From NCBI GenBank assembly GCA_964016885.1, contig OZ024742.1:16368001-16432000 (forward strand): 64,000 bases of DNA, written 5' to 3'. Below are positions 41,259 to 53,013 of the stretch, piece by piece. Both the position numbers and the translations under genes were made by a program. The stretch's first letter is position 1. Each line of letters starts with the position of its first letter. Origin of the DNA: Eledone cirrhosa (Eukaryota). Under the pieces are notes generated by a model that worked only from the letters and a program-made list of their open reading frames with translations, made no database searches and had not been told where the DNA came from.

Positions 41259-44200
41259 ATACTTTGGGAGGGTCATGTTGCCAATAAGAAACACACGCAC
41301 CAGTTGCTTTCACTTCAATTTAATTTATTATATATTTATAAATTTACAAATTTATAAATTTCTGGTTGGTTGGTTGGTTCCACAACCAGATAGTTGTTTA
41401 TATATATATAGTCATAGTTCTTTCGTCACACACTCTGTGACCTCTTCAGTGACTGGGGATTTCTTTCTTCGTTTCTGTGCCTTTCCTTTCTTCTATCCTA
41501 CGCCATTTTGTTTCTGTGTGTGGGTTGCGTGCTCAGTTTGCGCATGCGTCACATCCGGGTGTCTCTGTGTGTTTGTGTTCATTTTTCTATTTTTCTATTT
41601 ATATTTTTCTATTTATATTTTTCTTTGTTTATTTATTTATTTATTTATTGTTGGTTGGTTGTTTGTTCTATGTGTGTGTGTGTTTTCATTTTGTCTTGTG
41701 TGTGTTTTCATTTTGTGTGTGTTTTCAATTGTAAGTTGTTTGTTCTATGTGTGTGTGTGTTTTCATTTTGTCCTTAATTGTAAGTTGTGATGTTGCTGTT
41801 CCACTCATATTTTCTATTTAATTTTGGTTTTAATTCTTTTATGCTTACTGCCTCTGTAATTTGCCTAAACATTGCGTCTTTCTTGTGTGTGGATTCTATT
41901 TTTATTTCTATGCTCTCTAATTTACCCCTGTGTTCTATCTTAGCATGTTGGTAGAGCACAGATGATTCTTTATTATCTTGGAGGTCTCGCCAGTGTTCAT
42001 TTATTCGTTCCCCTATACTACGAGCTGTCTCACCTATGTACACTATATTTTTGTTTCTACATTGTCCTTCAGTACATCTTATGCTATATACTACATTTCT
42101 AGTTTTACAGTTAATATGGGGGCTTATTTTACAGGTTATACATTTCTTATCTATACATGAGGGTCTTTGGAACGGGTATGTCTTGCTAATAAGTGTTTTT
42201 ACGGAGGTACCAGGTCTTTCTACTATCTTATCTTAATATTGAGATTATGTTTCTTTAGGGCCCTTCTAAATTTGTAGGCTAGTTCGCCTCTAGGGGTTGT
42301 ATTGATGAACATTACACTCTGGTATTTATTGCTATCATACCATGAGTTTATTCTATTGGCCTTGTTCCTAGTTCTTTCTATTCTATTCCAAAATGTGCTC
42401 CTATACAAGGGGCAGGTCCCATTTATGTCATTATTTACCATTTTTTCCCATTTGGTTCTGGCTCCTTTATACACTCTGATTCTATCTCTCTGATTGTAGC
42501 CAGAGAACTGCATACGGTGGATGAAGTGTTTTATGTGTCTCTCTAGTTCTTCGGGGTTGCACATGCGGGACACATTTCTCATCACCCGTACCAAATCCGC
42601 AATCAGTATGTTGATTTTGGTATGGTCCGAAATGGCCGAGTTTCGGTGGATCAGATGTTTGGAAGTCATGGGTTTGGCATAATGGGAATGGAGGATTTGT
42701 TTTTGGTTGTTAATTGTATCTAACCAGAGCTCTGTGTCTAGTACAGGTAATCGATGGTTGGGGTGTCTACTTGGGTAGTCTATAGTAACTCTAATGCTCT
42801 GGTGGATGGAGTTTGCTATTTGCTGGATGCTTTCCATTCTGTTTTTCTCTAGTTCCTGACTGTTCTTTAGTGGGGGTGTCTTAACTACGATGTTTATATC
42901 ATCTACGTAGCGGGAGTACATTATCAGGGTTAAGCTGTCTTCTAATTGTTCATTAAGTTTTTGTTTAAGTCTACTGTCCCACCATACCATGAATAAGTTA
43001 GCTATGTCGCCTGCAATGCTAACACCAATGGCTGCTCCTTCCTCTTGGGCATATGTTTTACCATTAAATTTGAACATATGTTCCTTAAGGGTTAATTTTA
43101 TGCTGGCCCCTACCGCATGTGCAATCATTTTCTTCAGTTCATCGTGGTTTTCGGGTGTCCGTATGGCTCTGGTCCACCCGTTCCATCTATCTGTGTGGGT
43201 TTTCTTGGCCATTGAGGTAATGGTAGGTGGTCTGCCTCTTGCTGGTCTTGTAGGGCACAGGTTGCTAAGGTCATAAGTGTCTAGGTAACTATTACTATGG
43301 GTAAGCTTAAGTAGAAGTCCCAGCTCACTGGTATCAATCCCACGGAACTCAACCTTGCTCTCGCTGATCATTTCTACGCATTTCTCCACAGCAAAATCCA
43401 CGTCAATAGATGGATACAGGGACACAACATCCATACTGCCTATTATGCAGTTTGTTAGGTCCCCAGATCGGTTACCCGCGCCGATTCTGCTGAGGATGTC
43501 CTCCGTGCTGTCACACACATCTGGGGACATCTCAATGATGGGGCGTATGATCAGGGAGAGGAAGTAGGACAGTCTGTAGTTACTAGCAATGTTAGCCCCA
43601 CAGACTGGCCGTGTTGGTGGTCCCGCGACAGGGTCCCAGCCCGTTTTATGGTCTTTTCGAAGCCCATACAACGCCGGCACGTCATTGTTCCAGGCCTGGA
43701 AGTTGTTGGCAGTCCTTTTGTTGGGCTGCATTATATTTGTCCACATCACCATATGGGCATTGAGGGTTTTTTATCTATCCTCATGCTCCTGTGGTGTTAC
43801 CTCTCTTGTGTTAGTGATGTGGGGTTGCATTGCCTGGATGTAGTTTGGCAGGCTGTCAACCGACATTCTGCCAGACTTGTCTGTTGGAAAGCATGCTATC
43901 TCTCCATTACGCGAGCGCTGCATGAGCTTACGCAAGCCATTTGCAGATTCTTCTCCCAGTTGCTGGGCCTCTATACTATTATGCTTCTTGCTATACTGTT
44001 CTATAATATTTCTAAGTTCGGATTTAGCTATACTAAATTGTGCATCTGTTTGTTCATCGACCTGCGACGGCAACTGCGTGCGTTTGTTAAATGGCAAAGT
44101 CGTGGCGTAGACTCGTCGTAGGTCGAATGATTTATCGGAGGGGTTATAAAACGGAGAGTTCCAGGCTGCTGCTTTATGTGTACTAGTGCTATTATTATTG

Positions 44201-45576
44201 TTAGTTGTGTTGTTTCTATTTCCACCAACAGCAGCAGCCTCAGCTTCATGGTTGTTTCTATGTCTCTCATAATTACTCCTGTCTCTTTCCACTGGCTCAA
44301 TGTTGTTATCTACCCTATTTTGTGTGTCTGTGTGTTCGTCTTGGTTATTCTCTTTGTCCTTAGTCTCCCATCTCCTTTTCCTTTTAATCCTATTACTTTC
44401 TCTTATTTCTCTGATTTCTGTGCTACTGTCATTACTTGTTTTCTGTGTCTGTGTGTTTGTTAAGATTGTGGTGGTGGTGAGAGGCATTGAATGCGTGTGT
44501 GTTGTTGTTGTTGATGTGTGTTGTTGTTGATGTGTGTTGTTGTTGTCTCCGTGTGTGTGTGTGTTATCGTTGTTGTGTGTGTTGTTATTGTTGTTTGTGT
44601 TTGCGTGTCTGTTGTTGTTGTATCTGGGTATGTTGCTATTGTTGTTGTTGTTGATGTGTGTGTTGTTGTTATTGTTGTCTCCGTGTGTGTTGTTATTGTT
44701 GTTTGTGTCTGCGTGTCTGTTGTTGTTGTATCTGGGTATGTTGCTATTGTTGTTGTTATTGTTGTTTGTGTCTGTGTGTCTGTTGTTGTTGGGATGTGTG
44801 TTGTATATGTGTGTGCGTATATTGTTGCTTTTGTTTTTGTTTTTGATGCTCCAGCGTAGTTTCGTAAATGATTTTTCTATTTCTGACAGACAACTAATCA
44901 TATTTACCTTCTTGAATGTCGCAAATTTGGGTGGCAGACGTAACACAGACATTTCATTATTATCTATTTCCGTGTTTCCATAAATGTTGGTATTTTCATT
45001 GTTGAACTCTTCAGATAATGAGGTGTCGGCCATGTTGATACCGTCAATTTTGTCGGGATATCTATTGGTATACTCTATAGTATCCCGATTTAGCTTTGCC
45101 TGTTTAAGCCACTTTAATTTTCTGTTAAAGTGCTTATTACATTCTTGAGTAATGTACTGTTCTTCGGGGCGTATAAGGCTTATAAATGTTAGTTTTTCTG
45201 CTGGTGTGGTGATTTTAGATATTTCTTGTATTAGGTTACGCTTTAGTTTTTCTTGATGACTTAATTCTCTATAGATCATCTTTTTTATGTTTAGAATTAA
45301 AGTTCATTTTAGCCTATCTGCTTGTTTTTTGGTGAGTTGTAATCTTCTAACGTCGGTATTGATGGTGTTGGTGTAGATTCTAGAAGTGGTGCACAGTTTT
45401 ATGAAGCGTAGTTGTCGAGATGTTATGGTTTTTCGTAGACAACAGAACATGGTGGTTTTCAGTATCTTGTTACCCTGGCTAAGGCTTACGATATTTCGTT
45501 TCTGAATTTGTTTAGCAAGATTCTTTATCTGAAATCGTGTGTTGAAACCAATATTGTTATACTTTGGGAGGGTCAT
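41254..45576 (-). mobile_element. Near full-length Penelope-like element (Neptune-like), copy 1
   Basis: Single ~1265-aa ORF from ATG 45576 (MTLPKYNN) to 41774, broken by in-frame TGA (45304), TAA (43771) and a 5-bp duplication (about 42225); RT SMDVVSLYPSI, YVDD; GIY-YIG; pLTR with HHR. Confidence 0.93.
41410..41454 (-). ncRNA. Minimal type I hammerhead ribozyme in pLTR
   Basis: AGTCA-CTGAAGA-G-GTCACA..TGTGAC-GAAA-GAAC-TA-TGACT. Confidence 0.85.
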
Positions 45577-47466
45577 GTTGCCAATAAGAAACACACGCAC
45601 CAGTTGCTTTCACTTCAATTTAATTTATTATATATTTATAAATTTACAAATTTATAAATTTCTGGTTGGTTGGTTGGTTCCACAACCAGATAGTTGTTTA
45701 TATATATATAGTCATAGTTCTTTCGTCACACACTCTGTGACCTCTTCAGTGGCTGGGGATTTCTTTCTTCGTTTCTGTGCTTTTCCTTTCTTCTATCCTA
45801 CGCCATTTTGTTTCTGTGTGTGGGTTGCGTGCTCAGTTTGTGCATGCGCCACATCCGGGTGTCTGTGTGTGTTTGTGTTCATTTTTCTATTTTTCTATTT
45901 ATATTTTTCTATTTGTTTATTTATTTATTTATTTATTGTTGGTTGGTTGTTTGTTCTATGTGTGTGTGTGTTTTCATTTTGTCTTGTGTGTGTTTTCATT
46001 TTGTGTGTGTTTTCAATTGTAAGTTGTTTGTTCTATGTGTGTGTGTTTTCATTTTGTCCTTAATTGTAAGTTGTGATGTTGCTGTTCCACTCATATTTTC
46101 TATTTAATTTTGGTTTTAATTCTTTTATGCTTACTGCCTCTGTAATTTGCCTAAACATTGCGTCTTTCTTGTGTGTGGATTCTATTTTTATTTCTATGCT
46201 CTCTAATTTACCCCTGTGTTCTATCTTAGCATGTTGGTAGAGCACAGATGATTCTTTATTATCTTGGAGGTCTCGCCAGTGTTCATTTATTCGTTCCCCT
46301 ATACTACGAGCTGTCTCACCTATGTACACTATATTTTTGTTTCTACATTGTCCTTCAGTACATCTTATGCTATATACTACATTTCTAGTTTTACAGTTAA
46401 TATGGGGGCTTATTTTACAGGTTATACATTTCTTATCTATACATGAGGGTCTTTGGAACGGGTATGTCTTGCTAATAAGTGTTTTTACGGAGGTACCAGG
46501 TCTTTCTACTATCTTAATATTGAGATTATGTTTCTTTAGGGCCCTTCTAAATTTGTAGGCTAGTTCGCCTCTAGGGGTTGTATTGATGAACATTACACTC
46601 TGGTATTTATTGCTATCATACCATGAGTTTATTCTATTGGCCTTGTTCCTAGTTCTTTCTATTCTATTCCAAAATGTGCTCCTATACAAGGGGCAGGTCC
46701 CATTTATGTCATTATTTACCATTTTTTTCCCATTTGGTTCTGGCTCCTTTATACACTCTGATTCTATCTCTCTGATTGTAGCCAGAGAACTGCATACGGT
46801 GGATGAAGTGTTGTATGTGTCTCTCTAGTTCTTCGGGGTTGCACATGCGGGACACATTTCTCATCACCCGTACCAAATCCGCAATCAGTATGTTGATTTT
46901 GGTATGGTCCGAAATGGCCGAGTTTCGGTGGATCAGATGTTTGGAAGTCATGGGTTTGGCATAATGGGAATGGAGGATTTGTTTTTGGTTGTTAATTGTA
47001 TCTAACCAGAGCTCTGTGTCTAGTACAGGTAATCGATGGTTGGGGTGTCTACTTGGGTAGTCTATAGTAACTCTAATGCTCTGGTGGATGGAGTTTGCTA
47101 TTTGCTGGATGCTTTCCATTGTGTTTTTCTCTAGTTCCTGACTGTTCTTTAGTGGGGGTGTCTTAACTACGATGTTTATATCATCTACGTAGCGGGAGTA
47201 CATTATCAGGGTTAAGCTGTCTTCTAATTGTTCATTAAGTTTTTGTTTAAGTCTACTTTCCCACCATACCATGAATAAGTTAGCTATGTCGCCTGCAATG
47301 CTAACACCAATGGCTGCTCCTTCCTCTTCGGCATATGTTTTACCATTAAATTTGAACATATGTTCCTTAAGGGTTAATTTTATGCTGGCCCCTACCGCAT
47401 GTGCAATCATTTTCTTCAGTTCATCGTGGTTTTCGGGTGTCCGTATGGCTCTGGTCCACCCGTTCC
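45500..47466 (-). mobile_element. Upstream partial-tandem copy 2 of the same PLE (3' RT, GIY-YIG, pLTR)
   Basis: 45553-47466 duplicates 41254-43185 in direct orientation; 1-bp frameshift near 46722. Confidence 0.93.
45710..45754 (-). ncRNA. Hammerhead ribozyme, pLTR of copy 2
   Basis: Same as 41410-41454 with one stem I mismatch. Confidence 0.8.
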
Positions 47467-50400
47467 AACTACGCTGGAGCATCAAAAACAAAAACAAAAG
47501 CAACAATATACGCACACACATATACAACACACATCCCAACAACAACAGACACACAGACACAAACAACAATAACAACAACAATAGCAACATACCCAGATAC
47601 AACAACAACAGACACGCAGACACAAACAACAATAACAACACACACGGAGACAACAATAACAATAACACACACATCAACAACAACAACAATAGCAACATAC
47701 CCAGATACAACAACAACAGACACGCAAACACAAACAACAATAACAACACACATAACAACGATAACACACACACACACGGAGACAACAACAACACACATCA
47801 ACAACAACACACATCAACAACAACAACACACACGCATTCAATGCCTCTCACCACCACCACAATCTTAACAAACACACAGACACAGAAAACAGGTAATGAC
47901 AGTAGCACAGAAATCAGAGAAGTGAGAGAAAGTAATAGGATTAAAAGGAAAAGGAGATGGGAGACTAAGGACAAAGAGAATAACCAAGACGAACACACAG
48001 ACACACAAAATAGGGTAGATAACAACATTGAGCCAGTGGAAAGAGACAGGAGTAATTATGAGAGACATAGAAACAACCATGAAGCTGAGGCTGCTGCTGT
48101 TGGTGGAAATAGAAACAACACAACTAACAATAATAATAGCACTAGTACACATAAAGCAGCAGCCTGTAACTCTCCGTTTTATAACCCCTCCGATAAATCA
48201 TTCGACCTACGACGAGTCCACGCCACGACTTTGCCATTTAACAAACGCACGCAGTTGCCGTCGCAGGTCGAAGAACAAACAGAAGCACAATTTAGTATAG
48301 CTAAATCCGAACTTAGAAATATTATAGAACAGTATAGCAAGAAGCATAATAGTATAGAGGCCCAGCAACTGGGAGAAGAATCTGCAAATGGCTTGCGTAA
48401 GCTCATGCAGCGCTCGCGTAATGGAGAGATAGCATGCTTTCCAACAGACAAGTCTGGCAGAATGTCGGTTGACAGCCTGCCAAACTACATCCAGGCAATG
48501 CAACCCCACATCACTAACACAAGAGAGGTAACACCACAGGAGCATGAGGATAGAGAAAAAACCCTCAATGCCCATATGGTGATGTGGACAAATATAATGC
48601 AGCCCAACAAAAGGACTGCCAACAACTTCCAGGCCTGGAACAATGACGTGCCGGCGTTGTATGGGCTTCGAAAAGACCATAAAACGGGCTGGGACCCTGT
48701 CGCGGGACAACCAACACGGCCAGTCTGTGGGGCTAACATTGCTAGTAACTACAGACTGTCCTACTTCCTCTCCCTGATCATACGCCCCATCTTTGAGATG
48801 TCCCCAGATGTGTGTGACAGCACGGAGGACATCCTCAGCAGAATCGGCGCGGGTAACCGATCTGGGGACCTAACGAACTGCATAATAGGCAGTATGGATG
48901 TTGTGTCCCTGTATCCATCTATTGACGTGGATTTTGCTGTGGAGAAATGCGTAGAAATGATCAGCGAGAGCAAGGTTGAGTTCCGTGGGATTGATACCAG
49001 TGAGCTGGGACTTCTACTTAAGCTTACCCATAGTAATAGTTACCTAGACACTTATGACCTTAGCAACCTGTGCCCTACAAGACCAGCAAGAGGCAGACCA
49101 CCTACCATTACTTCAATGGCCAAGAAAACCCACACAGATAGATGGGACGGGTGGACCAGAGCCATACGGACACCCGAAAACCACGATGAATTGAAGAAAA
49201 TGATTGCACATGCGGTAGGGGCCAGCATAAAATTAACCCTTAAGGAACATATGTTCAAATTTAATGGTAAAACATATGCCCAAGAGGAAGGAGCAGCCAT
49301 TGGTGTTAGCATTGCAGGCGACATAGCTAACTTATTCATGGTATGGTGGGACAGTAGACTTAAACAAAAACTTAATGAACAATTAGAAGACAGCTTAACC
49401 CTGATAATGTACTCCCGCTACGTAGATGATATAAACATCGTAGTTAAGACACCCCCACTAAAGAACAGTCAGGAACTAGAGAAAAACACAATGGAAAGCA
49501 TCCAGCAAATAGCAAACTCCATCCACCAGAGCATTAGAGTTACTATAGACTACCCAAGTAGACACCCCAACCATCGATTACCTGTACTAGACACAGAGCT
49601 CTGGTTAGATACAATTAACAACCAAAAACAAATCCTCCATTCCCATTATGCCAAACCCATGACTTCCAAACATCTGATCCACCGAAACTCGGCCATTTCG
49701 GACCATACCAAAATCAACATACTGATTGCGGATTTGGTACGGGTGATGAGAAATGTGTCCCGCATGTGCAACCCCGAAGAACTAGAGAGACACATACAAC
49801 ACTTCATCCACCGTATGCAGTTCTCTAGCTACAATCAGAGAGATAGAATCAGAGTGTATAAAGGAGCCAGAACCAAATGGGAAAAAATGGTAAATAATGA
49901 CATAAATGGGACCTGCCCCTTGTATAGGAGCACATTTTGGAATAGAATAGAAAGAACTAGGAACAAGGCCAATAGAATAAACTCATGGTATGATAGCAAT
50001 AAATACCAGAGTGTAATGTTCATCAATACAACCCCTAGAGGCGAACTAGCCTACAAATTTAGAAGGGCCCTAAAGAAACATAATCTCAATATTAAGATAG
50101 TAGAAAGACCTGGTACCTCCGTAAAAACACTTATTAGCAAGACATACCCGTTCCAAAGACCCTCATGTATAGATAAGAAATGTATAACCTGTAAAATAAG
50201 CCCCCATATTAACTGTAAAACTAGAAATGTAGTATATAGCATAAGATGTACTGAAGGACAATGTAGAAACAAAAATATAGTGTACATAGGTGAGACAGCT
50301 CGTAGTATAGGGGAACGAATAAATGAACACTGGCGAGACCTCCAAGATAATAAAGAATCATCTGTGCTCTACCAACATGCTAAGATAGAACACAGGGGTA

Positions 50401-50549
50401 AATTAGAGAGCATAGAAATAAAAATAGAATCCACACACAAGAAAGACGCAATGTTTAGGCAAATTACAGAGGCAGTAAGCATAAAAGAATTAAAACCAAA
50501 ATTAAATAGAAAATATGAGTGGAACAGCAACATCACAACTTACAATTAA
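47467..50549 (+). CDS. PLE RT + GIY-YIG protein, uninterrupted but lacking about 240 N-terminal residues
   Basis: DKSG, YGLRKDHK, RPVC, DVVSLYPSI, Q.EG.AIG, RYVDD, LPVLD, YIGET. The first ~65 aa of the listed 1092-aa ORF are antisense of copy 2. Confidence 0.88.
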
Positions 50550-50848
50550 GGACAAAATGAAAAGACACACACACATAGAACAAACAACTTACAATTGAAA
50601 ACACGCACAAAATGAAAACACACACAAGACAAAATGAAAACACATAGAACAAACAACCAACCAACAATAAATAAATAAATAAATAAACAAATAGAAAAAT
50701 ATAAATAGAAAAATAGAAAAATGAACACAAACACACACAGACACCCGGATGTGGCGCATGCGCAAACTGAGCACGCAACCCACACACAGAAACAAAATGG
50801 CGTAGGATAGAAGAAAGGAAAGGCACAGAAACGAAGAAAGAAATCCCC

Positions 50849-50893
50849 AGTCACTGAAGAGGTCACAGAGTGTGTGACGAAAGAACTATTACT
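50849..50893 (+). ncRNA. Hammerhead ribozyme, pLTR of copy 3
   Basis: CTGAAGA at 50854, GAAA at 50879; one stem I mismatch. Confidence 0.8.
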
Positions 50894-51090
50894 ATCTGGT
50901 TGTGGAACCAACCAACCAACCAGAAATTTATAAATTTGTAAATTTATAAATATATAATAAATTAAATTGAAGTGAAAGCAACTGGTGCGTGTGTTTCTTA
51001 TTGGCAACATGACCCTCCCAAAGTATAACAATATCGGTTTCAACACACGATTTCAGATAAAGAATCTTGCTAAACAAATTCAGAAACGAA

Positions 51091-51123
<33 letters not shown>

Positions 51124-51145
51124 CACACATATATATATATACACA

Positions 51146-51193
<48 letters not shown>

Positions 51194-51410
51194 TGTGTGT
51201 GTGTGAGTGTATGTGTTTGTGCGTGTGCGTACGTATGTGTGTGATCGTCTCTATGTGGGAATGTGTGTGTTTGTAAATAAATAAAATATGAAATAAAAGA
51301 ATATGACTTATCATAAAATATATATTTATCTACACACATGTGTATATAAATATATCTTATTTTATGCATATTCTATATACATGCACGCATACTTAGATAC
51401 GTACGTATAT

Positions 51411-51998
51411 AACCAATCTTTAAAAAAATCTACCACATTGGAAGTTCAATATATGATTACAGGTCTACCAAATATAAACCAAATGTTTGAGCACATGGAA
51501 GATAGGAAAATATTCACCTCTATATTCTTGTGGTGACCCTCCAGAAACTCTTTGGCACTAGTTGTTCCAATGTAGAAACTATCAGTCTGAGAGAGAGGCC
51601 ATGTTGAAACCAATCTTTAAAAAACTACCAAGATTCGAAGTTCAATATATGATACAGGTCTACCAAATATAAACTAAATCTTTGAGCACGTGGAAGCTAG
51701 GAAAATATTCAACAAGAGAAACTTCTGTTCTACAGCTTCCCTTGTTTCCTATTTTTCTTTGTTTTGTTTTCTTATCCCTAACCGGCCTCTCACGGGCCTC
51801 CTTCAATATTGGAAATTGTATTTTTATTTATTCACCTTATTTTTCCTGTTTTTTTCCCTTTATTTTGTTTTTATTACTTGTCTCACTAACTTTTTTGATT
51901 ACCAATTGTAAGAAGTATTCGATACTTCCCCTAGTCTGTCATGGCTTACTAGCTCTATACGGACGTTTAAACTGATTAAATAAATAAATAAATAAATT
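51411..51998 (+). repeat. Unclassified retroposon-like 3' end with ~105-bp internal duplication
   Basis: 51411-51516 is similar to 51608-51712; ends GGACGTTTAAACTGATT(AAAT)n. Confidence 0.4.
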
Positions 51999-52381
51999 AC
52001 ACGCATACACACACACACACACACAAATATATATATATATATAAGTAAGAAAAGAACGAATATTATGAATAATTATTATTGTGAATTAGCCACTTGCATC
52101 TTTTTTTTTTTACCTTTTCTTACCATTGTAGATGGTACAGGTCTCATAAGAGTAATCCGACATTAATCCTGCTGAGACGTGCAGTGACTAGGAATTGCTG
52201 AATTTCCACATATGCTATTTTCTTTGACTTCAATGTTTTACTGGAATTAATGTCGGTCGATACAAAGAACAAACATTATAATGAAACAAAAAATGGCAAA
52301 TGATGATAGGGATAACTACTATTACTGTTGTTATCATCATCATCACCATCACCATCACCATCACCATCACCATCACAATCA

Positions 52382-52383
<2 letters not shown>

Positions 52384-52421
<38 letters not shown>

Positions 52422-52712
52422 GATTATTCTTTGAGTCTCAGTCATTGATGTTATTTAACTGGAAAGTTTGTTGAAATGAATATCAAGCCGCTACCTGCAG
52501 CCTCAGATATTCAGGACGTATCGGAGGGTTCTTGCTGTTCCCAGCAAGCATGCCTTTTGAAGTGTTCCAAAAAGCGGGGCTGGACTAATCTTCTTTAACC
52601 ATCCTTGGAAACTCTTTGGGATAGTACAATCGGGACGACCTTGACTTCATGGCAGTTCCAAATCATTTTTACCTCCCACTTTAAGTCCTGGTATCGGTTA
52701 ATTTTCTCCCTA
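52384..52712 (-). mobile_element. R4/Dong-clade non-LTR 3' remnant (restriction-like endonuclease end) with (TAA)n tail
   Basis: EKINRYQDLKWEVKMIWNCHEVKVVPIV../TIPK..LQKACLLGTARTLRYVLNI*; (TAA)n at 52384-52420. Confidence 0.82.
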
Positions 52713-53013
52713 CATCTACAATCAGGCACGATTGATCATACCACTTCTTAGAATGTGGTAAATTGTTTAGTTTATTATTATTATTATTATTATTATTGAA
52801 TGCTATGGTTGACGGAGGCTCGGCTCTGTAAGGTATTGTAAATTTTGAACGCTATAACTATTGTAAATTGTTTAAAACTTAGACCAACTTGTAGACAAAA
52901 ACACCCTCCTCCTCGTGAGAGGGGTCTTTCTACCCGTTATTTGGCCCTTCGGGGTTAAATAACTACTTATTGGGGTTTTGTACCCAATATTTATTTTAAA
53001 CAAAAAAAACAAC

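Larger units (their letters stand above)
47467..51093 (+). mobile_element. Inverted copy 3 of the same PLE
   Basis: Reverse complement of 41254-44861; tail runs into [15 protein letters not shown].. and then (TA)n. Confidence 0.93.

Noticed and set aside
44176-44983. Leu/Val/Cys-rich membrane-like ORFs (also 47469-48152 and 53253-53675)
   Set aside because: Antisense readings of Asn/Thr/Ser codon repeats in transposon ORFs.
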